Part shown: in pieces, positions 1 to 8,339 of the stretch
Numbering within the stretch: position 1 is the stretch's first letter
Layout: each line of letters opens with the position of its first letter
Assembly (NCBI GenBank): GCA_001464455.1
Contig: LNEI01000018.1
Span: 411,343 to 475,342 of the forward strand
Reading direction: 5' to 3'
Source: Acidobacteria bacterium Ga0077534
GTDB taxonomy: Bacteria; Acidobacteriota; Blastocatellia; Pyrinomonadales; Pyrinomonadaceae
DNA: 64,000 bases
The notes under the pieces: model-generated
Database searches by the model: none
What the model was told of the DNA's origin: nothing
The model's input: the letters and a program-made list of their open reading frames with translations, nothing else
Made by a program: the position numbers and the translations under genes

Positions 1-428
1 TAGCCAAGCCCTTTGATTCCCCGCTCCTTGACAAGCCAATCGCGGCGTTCGAAGTGGCAATCGAAGCTTGTGAGTTTCTTACGCAGCTTTAATCCGTACT
101 CTTTGATAAGGAAATCGCGTGAGGTTGCGACATATTTCGAGCGGGCGTTTGGGTAGCGATGATGGCCTACCAAAGCCCGGGCAAGCTCGGGTTGATCGGC
201 GGTTAGGAGTATCGGCTTTACGGCTTCGAGCGAGGACAGGCCCATCTTTGCCGAGCAGCCGCCGGTAAAGAAGCAAAAGACCATCTCTTCGAGCAGATCA
301 ACGTCCGTTCCGTGCCGGCCTATAGCGGCAAATTCGCCTAATCGACGCCGTATCTCGCCCCGCCGTTTGCGATGCTCCGCGATGATGTTTTCGATCGTGA
401 CCGGGACCTGTTGCTTTCTCACTGGCAT
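1..428 (-). CDS. ogg: 8-oxoguanine DNA glycosylase/AP lyase, archaeal Ogg2 type (N-terminal part; gene runs off the left edge)
   Basis: Absent from the ORF track because it is open at the window edge. Minus-strand translation from ATG (cat 426-428) gives MPVRKQQVPVTIENIIAEHRKRRGEIRRRLGEFAAIGRHGTDVDLLEEMVFCFFTGGCSAKMG...HHRYPNARSKYVATSRDFLIKEYG...RDWLVKERGIKGLG. This parallels Ogg2-type HhH glycosylases as I remember them (cFCilTan.sA, HRf..kRa.Yi, ikGiG). Confidence 0.7.
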   Translation of the reverse strand, partial: MPVRKQQVPVTIENIIAEHRKRRGEIRRRLGEFAAIGRHGTDVDLLEEMVFCFFTGGCSAKMGLSSLEAVKPILLTADQPELARALVGHHRYPNARSKYVATSRDFLIKEYGLKLRKKLTSFDCHFERRDWLVKERGIKGLG

Positions 429-499
429 TAGAAGTGAAATTCTAGAGGCCGCATCCCAAAACTGTCAAAAGGACGCACGAGTCCGCTATACTATCGGCG

Positions 500-1795
500 A
501 TGGATCAAACTCGATCGGAAATCCCGCCCCCAAAGCTCATCTCTACGCTCAGGTCATACGATCTTTTGCCGGCAATTGTCTTTTTGCCGACAAGAAGGCG
601 TTGCGACGAGGCGGCTTCGGAAGTGGCAAACGATAAGTCGCAGTTTGTGGATGCGGAAAAGCAGCTTGTACGGCAAAAGATATTCGAAGAGTTTGCGGTC
701 GAAAGCCCAGAGGTCCGTGGGCACAAGCACGCCAAGCTGATCGTTAACGCAGGCGTTGCCGCACATCACGCCGGTCACATCCCGTCCTGGAAATTGCTGA
801 TCGAACGCATGATGTCCGGCGGCCTTTTGAACGCATTATTTGCCACGTCAACTGTGGCGGCCGGTGTTGACTTCCCCGCTCGGACGGTCGTTATCACCAA
901 CGCCGATACGAGGGGAAACGAAGGCTGGCGTTCGCTTACGGCAAGTGAACTGCAGCAGATGACCGGCAGGGCCGGACGGCGTGGCCGGGACAAGGTCGGG
1001 TTCGTCGTTCTCGCTCCGGGACAGTTTCAGAATCCGCGTAAGATCGCGGAGCTTCTGCGATCACCGCCCGATGCTCTGGAGAGCCGCTTTCGTGCGACCT
1101 ACACCAGCCTGCTCAATCTGCTTGATGCCTTTGGAAACTTCGAACAGGTTCGAGAGATCGCCGAGAAAAGCTACGCCTTTCGCTCGGAGATCTTTGACCG
1201 GCGGTCGAGACAGAATAATGAGCTGACGAGCGACCGTATCTGGCAGCCGTTCGAGAGGCGAGCGGCGGTGCTTGACCAGCTTGGGTATATAGATCGGGAA
1301 TCTGAAACGGTTACCGAATCAGGCAAGTGGCTCGCCGATCTGCGGATAGATCGCCCGCTGCTGATAGGTGAAGCCCTAAGAGAGGGCATCTTTGACGAGC
1401 TTAAAGCCTCGGAAGCTGCAGGATTAATGGCCTCAGTTGCCGCTGACGCTGACCGCAGCTACGGTGAGATGAGATCGTCAAGGCGAATGGTCGACATCCT
1501 TTCCGAGTTCGAAGACCTGGTGATATCGACATCTAATATTGAGTTGCGAAACGGCGTTATACCGAGTGAGGAGATCAATTACTCCGCTGCCGCTACCGCC
1601 GAACGCTGGACCGCCGGAATGGAATGGCAGGAGCTGGTTACGCGTACCAAGGCCGAAGAGGGCGACCTCGTCCGTCTGCTGTCTCGTACCGGAGAGGCGT
1701 TGCGGCAGCTTGCAAACCTCAGGGATTCGAACCCGACGGCGGCGGCCATCGCTCGTACGGCGGCAGAGACGATACTCCGCGACCCGATACGTTAG
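500..1795 (+). CDS. Ski2/HelY-like SF2 helicase, C-terminal half only (RecA2 plus C-terminal domains); fragment of a split gene
   Basis: ORF track 431 aa. Motifs IV-VI are present: LLPAIVFLPTRRRCDEAA, AAHHAGHIP, LFATSTVAAGVDFPARTVV, QMTGRAGRRGRD. Motifs I-III are absent. The frame is open back to 446 (in-frame tag at 443-445). There is no SD before ATG 500. The missing N-terminal half is at 30048..30935 on the other strand. Confidence 0.8.
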   Translation: MDQTRSEIPPPKLISTLRSYDLLPAIVFLPTRRRCDEAASEVANDKSQFVDAEKQLVRQKIFEEFAVESPEVRGHKHAKLIVNAGVAAHHAGHIPSWKLLIERMMSGGLLNALFATSTVAAGVDFPARTVVITNADTRGNEGWRSLTASELQQMTGRAGRRGRDKVGFVVLAPGQFQNPRKIAELLRSPPDALESRFRATYTSLLNLLDAFGNFEQVREIAEKSYAFRSEIFDRRSRQNNELTSDRIWQPFERRAAVLDQLGYIDRESETVTESGKWLADLRIDRPLLIGEALREGIFDELKASEAAGLMASVAADADRSYGEMRSSRRMVDILSEFEDLVISTSNIELRNGVIPSEEINYSAAATAERWTAGMEWQELVTRTKAEEGDLVRLLSRTGEALRQLANLRDSNPTAAAIARTAAETILRDPIR

Positions 1796-1869
1796 TTCCG
1801 TTTCCCTTGTCCATTTGATAAACTGTGCCTTGTGGCAACGACCGAACAAGGGGTCAAGGGTTAACGAAA

Positions 1870-2709
1870 ATGCAAGTTTTACTGGCAAATGAATACGGCT
1901 TCTGTTTCGGTGTCGAAAGGGCGGTCGAGATGGTCGAGAAAGCGATCGGTGAAGGGCAGACTGTTCGTGCCCTCGGCCCGCTGATCCACAACGAGCAGGA
2001 AATGCAGCGTCTCGCCCACGAAGGCGTTACCACGATAAACGCTCCCGTCCAGATACAGCGGAACGAGACGGCGGTCATCAGGGCACATGGCGTGACGCCG
2101 GAGGTGCAGCGTGAACTCGAAGAAAAAGCCGGAAGCGTGGTCGATGCGACCTGTCCGTTTGTCACACGTGTACAGAAATTGGCTTCACGTGCAGCTGCCG
2201 AAGATCGTCATGTCATAGTCGTCGGCAGCCCTGACCACCCTGAGATGATCGGCGTGCATGGATACGCACCGAACCACGCCTTCGTGATCCGTGACGAATC
2301 CGAGATCCACACGCTTCCACGCCTCAGAAGGCCGCTCGTCGTCTCGCAGACGACCATCAAGGCAAAGACCTTCTTCGACACGGCTGACGCCATTCGGGCA
2401 AAGACGGATGATACGGTCGAGGTGATAAACACGATCTGTTCCGCGACCCGCGACCGGCAGGAAGCCGCACGTGCTTTGGCAGGAATGGTCGATGCGTTTT
2501 ACATCATCGGCGGCAGACATTCGTCCAACAGCGTAAAACTCCTCGCCGTCTGCAAAGAGCAGTGCGAAAAGAGCTTCCTGATCGAGACCGAAGCCGAGAT
2601 AGATGCTTTTGACCTGATAGGTGTCGAGAAAGTCGGTGTAACTGCCGGAGCTTCGACGCCAAAATGGCTCATCGACAAGGTCGTAAAGCACCTCGAAGGC
2701 CTTGGCTGA
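1870..2709 (+). CDS. ispH: 4-hydroxy-3-methylbut-2-enyl diphosphate reductase
   Basis: ORF 1825..2709. From the internal ATG at 1870 it reads MQVLLANEYGFCFGVERAVEMVEKA..., with IRAHGV, DATCPFV, SQTT, NTICSAT and GGRHSSNS motifs typical of IspH/LytB. The 1825 GTG extension is not homologous. Confidence 0.9.
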   Translation: MQVLLANEYGFCFGVERAVEMVEKAIGEGQTVRALGPLIHNEQEMQRLAHEGVTTINAPVQIQRNETAVIRAHGVTPEVQRELEEKAGSVVDATCPFVTRVQKLASRAAAEDRHVIVVGSPDHPEMIGVHGYAPNHAFVIRDESEIHTLPRLRRPLVVSQTTIKAKTFFDTADAIRAKTDDTVEVINTICSATRDRQEAARALAGMVDAFYIIGGRHSSNSVKLLAVCKEQCEKSFLIETEAEIDAFDLIGVEKVGVTAGASTPKWLIDKVVKHLEGLG

Positions 2710-2736
2710 CCCGCTGGCGACATCAACACAAAAAAT

Positions 2737-2763
2737 ACGCCGCATCGTTTCCAGATGCGGCGT
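2737..2763 (+). terminator. stem-loop downstream of ispH
   Basis: acGCCGCATC-gtttcca-GATGCGGCgt forms an 8-10 bp stem 28 nt after the ispH stop. There is no clear U-tract. Confidence 0.45.
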
Positions 2764-2920
2764 CAACCTATTTCGGAGATTTCGAATAGACCTCTGGCGT
2801 TCCTCACAGGCCAAAAAATGTTTGCCACTGTGCTTTCCCACGCGTTAATTCCGTTCATCTAATACAAACTGCCATTCGGACAGAAGTTCCAGAAAGAAAA
2901 GAAAGACTTCCGCGATCTCT

Positions 2921-2996
2921 GTCTCAAGTGTCCCACCTGTCTCACCCTGAGACAGTGAGACGGATGAGACGGTGTGAAACGGATAAAACGGTGAAA
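2921..2996. repeat. GTCTCA/TGAGAC hairpin-iteron module (left copy)
   Basis: Sequence is gtctca-N12-gtctca-ccc-tgagac-ag-tgagac-gga-tgagac-gg, followed by degenerate 8-9-nt units (tgtgaaacg, gataaaacg, gtgaaat). CTGTCTCAcccTGAGACAG (2937-2955) is a perfect hairpin. Confidence 0.7.
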
Positions 2997-3023
2997 TAGT
3001 TTTCTTTGCCGCAGAGCGGCAAT

Positions 3024-3188
3024 CGAATTTAGCCGTGGGTTTCAACCCACGGTGAATCGAAAATAATGATCCAGCGTCGCGTAGCGACGAATCGAAATTA
3101 ACCGTTAACGTGCACGTTCGACCGTCGCTACGCGACGGAAACATTGAATTGACGGCTTTCCGTGGGTTGAAACCCACGGCTAAATTCG
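3024..3188. repeat. perfect 29-nt inverted repeat pair (REPIN-like doublet)
   Basis: cgaatttagccgtgggtttcaacccacgg (3024-3052) is the exact reverse complement of 3160-3188. The 107-nt spacer holds two family-B hairpins in opposite orientation and the palindromes CGTTAACG and ACGTGCACGT. Confidence 0.85.
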
Positions 3189-3476
3189 CTCTATCGCTAC
3201 GCGATGAAATTCGTTCCATCGTTCCGTCCTTCCCATTTTCCCGAAGTGGGACGAGTGGGAAATGTGGAACGCTAATTTTTATTTGTGAGACATAGGAAAG
3301 TTCACCGATCCGCGTTTCGCGGCACATAGCCACGTCCTTTAGGGCGTGGTCAGGGTCGAGAATATCTATCTCAGCCCGTTTCAACGGGCTTAACCATAAC
3401 GCGGCTTAGCCATCGGTGCTGAAGCGGTTTCGGTAAGGACGTTAAAATGCCCTCAGAACAAGCTCCGCAACGAAAA

Positions 3477-3776
3477 CCACGCCCTAAAGGACGTGGCTAT
3501 ATGCCCTTCGGGACGAGACAAACAGATATGCCGCGTAGCGCCGAGGTGATTGTAGCCGTGGGTGAAAACCCACGGTCAGCGGCGAGCCAAACATCCACGT
3601 CGCGTCCAGCGAGATTGAAACAACACGCCGCGATCATTCATCCGTCGCTGACGCGACGAAATTCCAAATGTGATCCCTTATCCGTGGGTTTTTACCCACG
3701 GCTACAATCATTCCATCGCTACGCGATCCGCCACAACAAGCACGCCCTAAAGGATGTGGCTATATGCCCTTCGGGA
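3477..3776. repeat. 36-nt direct repeat pair (family C plus tail)
   Basis: cacgccctaaaggaCgtggctatatgcccttcggga at 3478-3513 matches 3741-3776 at 35/36 positions. A partial inverted copy lies at 3321-3348 (ggcacatagccacgtcctttagggcgtg). Confidence 0.85.
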
Positions 3777-3809
3777 TAGACGGAAGCCCAAAGCAAACGA
3801 GAACAACCC

Positions 3810-3870
3810 GTCTCACTCCGTCTCACAAGCTCGTTCACTGAGACGATGAGACAGATGAGACGATGAGACG
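3810..3870. repeat. GTCTCA/TGAGAC hairpin-iteron module (right copy)
   Basis: Sequence is gtctca-ctcc-gtctca-N13-tgagac-ga-tgagac-aga-tgagac-ga-tgagac-g. It has the same architecture and orientation as 2921-2972. The reverse complement of 3808-3826 (gtgagacggagtgagacgg) nearly equals 2955-2972. Confidence 0.7.
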
Positions 3871-3906
3871 ATATGCCTCGGCTTTATCGCGAAATGAGAA
3901 GGTGAT

Positions 3907-3983
3907 TGGTGGTCCCGGCTGGATTCGAACCAGCGGCCTTCCACTTAGGAGGCGGACGCTCTATCCTGCTGAGCTACGGGACC
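3907..3983 (-). tRNA. tRNA-Arg (anticodon CCT), CCA encoded
   Basis: The reverse complement GGTCCCGTAGCTCAGCAGGATAGAGCGTCCGCCTCCTAAGTGGAAGGCCGCTGGTTCGAATCCAGCCGGGACCACCA folds as a cloverleaf. Acceptor stem GGTCCCG/CGGGACC; D arm GCTC/GAGC; anticodon stem TCCGC/GTGGA; loop CTCCTAA; T arm GCTGG-TTCGAAT-CCAGC. Confidence 0.93.
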
Positions 3984-4004
3984 AAGATGGGGAACGGTGA
4001 ACAA

Positions 4005-4035
4005 GGTAACGGTGACAGGGTTCGTCACCTGTTAC
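4005..4035 (-). terminator. stem-loop downstream of apt
   Basis: GGTAACgGTGAC-agggttc-GTCACctGTTACC lies immediately 3' of the apt stop on the minus strand. Confidence 0.45.
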
Positions 4036-4038
4036 CGT

Positions 4039-4560
4039 TTACTCACTATACTTTACCAGCGATTTGACATCGTAGCCGTCAAATTTGCTGCGGCCGTTGA
4101 GAAAATCGAGTTCGACGACGAAGAGAAGTGCTGCGACGGTTCCGCCGACGCTTTCGACCAGGTCGACCACGGCCCTTGCCGTGCCGCCGGTTGCAAGCAG
4201 GTCGTCGACGATCAGCACACGATGCCCTTCGCCGACCGCATCCTTATGCATCTCAAGCGTGTCCTGGCCATATTCCAGGTCGTACGAGATCGCAACCGTG
4301 TCGGACGGCAGTTTTTTTGGCTTTCGGACCGGTATAAATCCGGTTCCAAGCTTATACGCAAGCGGCGTAGCGAAAATAAACCCACGCGACTCGACGCCGA
4401 TGATGGTGTCGATATTCAGCCCTCGACACTGCTCTTCCAGAGCGTCGATGGTGTTCTCGAGACCTTCAGGGTCTTTCAAAAGTGTCGTGATGTCGTAAAA
4501 GTTGATGCCCGGTTTAGGAAAATCGGGGACTTCGCGAATTAGCTTCTTCAGGTTATCCAT
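4039..4560 (-). CDS. apt: adenine phosphoribosyltransferase
   Basis: 173 aa. [12 protein letters not shown] and the PRPP motif [14 protein letters not shown] are typical of Apt. Confidence 0.92.
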   Translation of the reverse strand: MDNLKKLIREVPDFPKPGINFYDITTLLKDPEGLENTIDALEEQCRGLNIDTIIGVESRGFIFATPLAYKLGTGFIPVRKPKKLPSDTVAISYDLEYGQDTLEMHKDAVGEGHRVLIVDDLLATGGTARAVVDLVESVGGTVAALLFVVELDFLNGRSKFDGYDVKSLVKYSE

Positions 4561-4572
4561 TCTTAAATAAGT

Positions 4573-4845
4573 TTAGCGTTCAATACGAAAATTTGAGTAA
4601 TGCCCGGTCGGGTCGATCACGAGTTCCTCGACCACCGTGACGGTCGCACTCAGCGGCCCTGCAGCGAGGTCTTGTCGAAACGTCTCGACCGCTTTCGCCG
4701 GGCCTTCGGCGAGCACTTCGACGCGGCCATCGTCGAGATTCTTAACATAACCTCGTATCTGATGCCTCGCAGAGGATCGCTGAGCAAAAAACCGGTAGCC
4801 GACGCCCTGAACCTCACCGCTGATATAAAACTTCCGTGCGATCAT
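4573..4845 (-). CDS. acyP: acylphosphatase
   Basis: ISGEVQGVGYRFF...RGYVKNLDDGRVEV is the acylphosphatase signature. The ORF track gives 4573..4887. I prefer ATG 4845 (MIARKF...), which forms an ATGA overlap with the upstream stop at 4842-4844. Confidence 0.8.
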   Translation of the reverse strand: MIARKFYISGEVQGVGYRFFAQRSSARHQIRGYVKNLDDGRVEVLAEGPAKAVETFRQDLAAGPLSATVTVVEELVIDPTGHYSNFRIER

Positions 4846-5603
4846 CCCAACGCGTCGAGGCATTCCATCAGGCTTCGCTGTCGGCACGTGTAAACCGGCA
4901 TGCCGCGAAGCGTCAGTTTACTGGCAGGCGTTTGTCGAAGCTCCTCGGCAAGTGCCAGGAAATCTCTCGGTTCATCAGTTTCAAACGAGATCAGATACTC
5001 GTTGTCAGTAAATCCAAACGCATGCGTGAGGTGTATCTTGATGTTCGGAAAACGCTTTCCGACCATGAAATTCTCCTCGATCAAAGCATCACGCTGATCG
5101 AGCGGCATCTCGAACCAGTCCTGATGCTTGGAGCACGGATAAAAGAAATGATATTTTGCCGTACCCGCAACAACCCGCTGGCGGTCATCACTTGGGGTGT
5201 CGACAAACATCATCCGCTTGGTTATCGAAAGATAATTGTCGACGGTCTCGAGATGGCTGCCAAGATTGGTGCGGTACAACTTCGCCGTCATTTCCTGCAC
5301 CCGGTCAAGCGAAGACCCTATCCGCCACAGCATCAGGTCCGCATTGGAATCGAAACCGACGAGCGAATAGCTGAAAAGCAAAAAATCATCCCGAAAAGAC
5401 TCAAAAACACTTGCAAATTCGCCCTTGTAGATCCGCTTCGCCTCAGAATCAAGCCGTCGCCACGCCGGATTTGCCCGGAGGAACATGAAGTTCACAAATT
5501 GCTTCTCGATCTCCTCCGGCTCGGGCACATCGGAGCGTTCCGGCACCAGGCGTAACTGGGCATCGGTCGCTTCTTTCTGGAATTGCAGAATGTCGTTAGT
5601 CAT
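4842..5603 (-). CDS. hemQ: chlorite dismutase-family protein, likely coproheme decarboxylase (HemQ/ChdC-like)
   Basis: 253 aa from MTNDILQ. Its size and the blocks FLLFSYSLVGFDSNADLMLW, AKYHFFYPCSKHQDWF and GFTDNEYLISFETDEP fit the Cld/HemQ fold. The track ORF extends to 5711, but that N-terminal extension is not protein-like and would remove the divergent promoter region. Confidence 0.6.
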   Translation of the reverse strand: MTNDILQFQKEATDAQLRLVPERSDVPEPEEIEKQFVNFMFLRANPAWRRLDSEAKRIYKGEFASVFESFRDDFLLFSYSLVGFDSNADLMLWRIGSSLDRVQEMTAKLYRTNLGSHLETVDNYLSITKRMMFVDTPSDDRQRVVAGTAKYHFFYPCSKHQDWFEMPLDQRDALIEENFMVGKRFPNIKIHLTHAFGFTDNEYLISFETDEPRDFLALAEELRQTPASKLTLRGMPVYTCRQRSLMECLDALG

Positions 5604-5720
5604 TTCAGGAGCAATCGTTTCCGGCAAGTTCAATTCTGCCGATTTAGAAGTTGATGTGCAAATCGAACGGGTTTTAAATCTGGCGTTTACAAAACCAGCA
5701 TATAGTGCCAAAATCGTGCT

Positions 5721-6584
5721 GTGCTGCGGTTTTGGTTCACATCGATATTGGTGCTCGCATCGGCTATCACTGCTTTTTCACAGCAGCGTCCGCTGCTGAC
5801 CGACGATGTCGATATCACGCCGCCAGGCTCGCTTCAGATAGGTGTCGGCGTGGATTTCTTTCAGAATGCGAAGTTCCCTCTATCTGGGATCAACGGCGAC
5901 CTGACGCGTGTCGGCGACATTCGCATCCGCACCGGTTTCTCGCCCAATGTCGAACTGCAGATCGAAGGCACGCTCCAAAATTATCTTGCGATCAATTCAC
6001 GCGGTCCATCTGCCATCCCGCTCAACGTCTCTGGCAACTCGACAAACGATTTTGACGATTTCACTGTTTCGGCCAAGGTAAAGCTGAGGAACGAGACACG
6101 TCTGCTGCCGGCGATCGGGATGAAATTTGGCTTCCAAATGCCAAACACCGATCAGGCACGAGGCATCGGCACGAACCAGATCAACGTTTTTTCGAAGATC
6201 ATCCTGCAGAAGAAGTTTGGTGATATCGTCGACAACACGCCGAAATTCAATGCGATGGGCAACATCGGACTCCAGATAATGACCGCACCGATCGAGCGTT
6301 TTACTCAGAATGATGTGATCATCTACGGCCTCGCGGGCATCTACCGCGTAACGGATCGAGTCAACGTCCTGGGCGAGGTCAATGGCCGTATTAACACAAG
6401 AAGCGGAGCGGCCCCACTCGGAACGGAAAGTGCCGGCCAGTTTCGTATCGGAACTCAGATCAAAGCTTCGGGCCTGCGGTTTGACACGGCGGCAGCATTC
6501 GGCCTGACAAAGTTTAGCCCACGAACGGGCGTTATCTTCGGCGTCACCTACCAATCGCCTAGTATCTTCAAACCCGCAAATTAA
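5721..6584 (+). CDS. outer-membrane beta-barrel protein (putative porin/transporter)
   Basis: GTG start. Signal peptide MLRFWFTSILVLASAITAFSQQ, alternating amphipathic beta-strand pattern, and an aromatic-rich C-terminal strand VIFGVTYQ. The family assignment is uncertain. Confidence 0.5.
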   Translation: MLRFWFTSILVLASAITAFSQQRPLLTDDVDITPPGSLQIGVGVDFFQNAKFPLSGINGDLTRVGDIRIRTGFSPNVELQIEGTLQNYLAINSRGPSAIPLNVSGNSTNDFDDFTVSAKVKLRNETRLLPAIGMKFGFQMPNTDQARGIGTNQINVFSKIILQKKFGDIVDNTPKFNAMGNIGLQIMTAPIERFTQNDVIIYGLAGIYRVTDRVNVLGEVNGRINTRSGAAPLGTESAGQFRIGTQIKASGLRFDTAAAFGLTKFSPRTGVIFGVTYQSPSIFKPAN

Positions 6585-6589
6585 TTACA

Positions 6590-7378
6590 TTAAATATTGA
6601 TCGGGGAATTGCCTTTACCGAGGCCCGGCGAGGTTCGTATTGCCTCATGCACAAAGGCTTTCGCGATCCGTACGGAATCTCGAAGCGTTTTGCCCTGTGC
6701 AAGATTCGCCGTGATCGAGGCCGCGAGAATGCAGCCAGTTCCATGGGTTGACGTGGTCTCGATATGTTCTGCCTCGAATGTCTCAAAGCTGTCACCATCA
6801 AATAAATGATCCACCGCTTTTTTGCCCGCAAGGTGTCCGCCCTTGATCAGCACAAATTTTGGACCAAGCGAATGCAGGCGGCGGGCGGCGAGTTTTATAT
6901 CATCTTCGCCGCGAATATTTAAGTGCGTTATCCGTTCGGCTTCAGGAATGTTCGGCGTCACGACCGTCGCCAGCGGAAACAACTGCTCCATGAGGGCAAG
7001 CAGAGCCTTATCATCGATCAGATCGAATCCTGAGGTCGAACGCACTACCGGGTCGACCACTATGTTCGCCGGCTTGTGCTCGTTGAGGACCTTCGCAACC
7101 ATTTCGATGATGCTCCGGGTCGGAAGCATCCCGGTCTTTACCGCCGCAACCTCGTAATCCGCGAAGACCGGCTCAACCTGTTTTCTTACCGAAGCGGCTG
7201 ACTGATGCACCGCCCCGAAAACGCCCTGAGTATTTTGGAACGTGACCGATGAAACGGCTGCCGCCGCGAAGCAGCCGAATGCTGTAAATGCCTTTACATC
7301 CGCAACGATCCCCGCACCGCCGGACGGATCAAGCCCGGCGATCGTCAAACAAACTGGCGGCTTTTCTCTACTTTCCAT
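6590..7378 (-). CDS. thiD: hydroxymethylpyrimidine/phosphomethylpyrimidine kinase
   Basis: LTIAGLDPSGGAGIVADVK, VKTGML, TPNIPEA and THGTGCILAASI are ThiD motifs. Confidence 0.9.
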   Translation of the reverse strand: MESREKPPVCLTIAGLDPSGGAGIVADVKAFTAFGCFAAAAVSSVTFQNTQGVFGAVHQSAASVRKQVEPVFADYEVAAVKTGMLPTRSIIEMVAKVLNEHKPANIVVDPVVRSTSGFDLIDDKALLALMEQLFPLATVVTPNIPEAERITHLNIRGEDDIKLAARRLHSLGPKFVLIKGGHLAGKKAVDHLFDGDSFETFEAEHIETTSTHGTGCILAASITANLAQGKTLRDSVRIAKAFVHEAIRTSPGLGKGNSPINI

Positions 7379-8003
7379 ATCCGAATTCTCGAACGATGCT
7401 CTTTAGCCTTTCCGCATCGTTTAACCATCTGATAGATGCCACACCCGCTGCTCCTGCATCAAGGACTTGCTCGAAATTACTCTCATCCACACCGCCCAGG
7501 CCAAGTATTGGAAACCCCGGAAACAACGAGCACATCCGCCGAAGCTCTTCGAGCCCAGTCGGCGGGCCTTTACCCGGAGTTTCGAAAACCGGTCCAAATA
7601 CCGCCAGATCAGCCCCGCCATCGATAGCCGCATTGACCTCTACCTCGGAATGCGTGGAAACGCCGATCAGTAAGCCCGGAAAATGCTTTCTAACAACATC
7701 GGCCTCCAGGGATCTGGAAGTAAGATGCACTCCGTCCGCCCCGACCGCCGCTGCTACATCAGCTCTGTCGTTGATCATCAACCTCGTAGTCGAATTTCTG
7801 GTGATGTTGAGAGCTTTTTCCGCCACACCGCAGAGGTCGCGAACTGAAAGGGCTTTCTCTCGCAACTGGACGAGCGGGATCTGTAAGTCGACCGCACAAT
7901 GAATGACGTCGAGCAGCTTACGCTCACTTTGGGCGAAATTCCCAGCGTTCATCTCACCGGTGGAGATCAAGTAAAGTAGCTTTTTGTCGGGAGAGAAGAT
8001 CAC
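7368..8003 (-). CDS. thiE: thiamine-phosphate synthase
   Basis: VQLREK, LMINDRADVAAAVGADGVHL, IGVSTH, FGPVFETPGK and LGLGGV are ThiE motifs. It overlaps thiD by 11 nt. Confidence 0.88.
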   Translation of the reverse strand: MIFSPDKKLLYLISTGEMNAGNFAQSERKLLDVIHCAVDLQIPLVQLREKALSVRDLCGVAEKALNITRNSTTRLMINDRADVAAAVGADGVHLTSRSLEADVVRKHFPGLLIGVSTHSEVEVNAAIDGGADLAVFGPVFETPGKGPPTGLEELRRMCSLFPGFPILGLGGVDESNFEQVLDAGAAGVASIRWLNDAERLKSIVREFGYGK

Positions 8004-8296
8004 TCGCCATCCTGCCCGCCGTTTGATTGGAGCATTTTTACGCTCTGGTTAAAGTGGACGATCTCCCAGAATGCGATGACCAGATTGAGCACGCCGAGAG
8101 CTGTCACGGCCCCGCGAAACCACGTCGAGGCAACGGTTCGCTGCAGCATTGGGGCTCCGGTCCTGTCGGCGAGAAAGACCAGCAAATAGTTCTCGCCCCA
8201 CGGGCCAAACAGGGCATCCCACGGCGACAGGATCAGATAGAATCCGAGCAGGAAGCAGAGGATAATAAAGAAAATGACGGTTAGCCTTTCGACCAT
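8000..8296 (-). CDS. small membrane protein, unknown function
   Basis: 98 aa with two to three hydrophobic helices (VIFFIILCFLLGFYLIL, AVTALGVLNLVIAFW). An ATGA overlap with thiE suggests co-translation. Confidence 0.5.
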   Translation of the reverse strand: MVERLTVIFFIILCFLLGFYLILSPWDALFGPWGENYLLVFLADRTGAPMLQRTVASTWFRGAVTALGVLNLVIAFWEIVHFNQSVKMLQSNGGQDGE

Positions 8297-8339
8297 ACCG
8301 CCTCAGTATAACTCTTTGTAAAAGATACGGACAAGACAG

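Larger units (their letters stand above)
3006..3776. repeat. dense array of short palindromic (REP-like) stem-loops, three families
   Basis: Family A, CCGTGGGT-N4-ACCCACGG: 3033-3052, 3160-3179, 3556-3575, 3682-3701. Family B, CGTCGC-N3/4-GCGACG and ATCGC-TAC-GCGAT: 3075-3089, 3122-3138, 3193-3205, 3643-3658, 3715-3727, with a degenerate copy at 3598-3605. Family C, CCACGCCC-TAAA-GGACGTGG: 3330-3349 (inverted), 3477-3496, 3741-3759. Singleton hairpins: 3006-3022, 3310-3322, 3373-3390. Confidence 0.85.

Noticed and set aside
2845-3779. Track ORFs 2845..3384 (minus, 179 aa), 3110..3295 and 3447..3779 (plus) as protein genes
   Set aside because: Their sequences are strings of hairpin read-outs (RGLKPTAKF/AVGFNPRK, SLRDG/RSDGR, HALKDVA). 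The same palindromes are translated on both strands. They have no start context and no domain-like segments.
2921-3870. CRISPR array
   Set aside because: The repeats belong to several unrelated families, occur in both orientations, are individually palindromic, and are irregularly spaced. There are no uniform 28-37-nt direct repeats with unique spacers and no cas genes in the window.
2845-4040. Genomic island or integrated element at tRNA-Arg
   Set aside because: No integrase, excisionase or phage genes are present. I could not find a direct repeat of the tRNA 3' end. The flanking genes (ispH, apt) are core housekeeping.
8297-8339. TPP (THI-box) riboswitch ahead of the small-ORF/thiE/thiD genes
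   Set aside because: The 43-nt gap is too short. It lacks the CUGAGA...ACCUGAUCUGGAUAAUGCCAGCG-type core.
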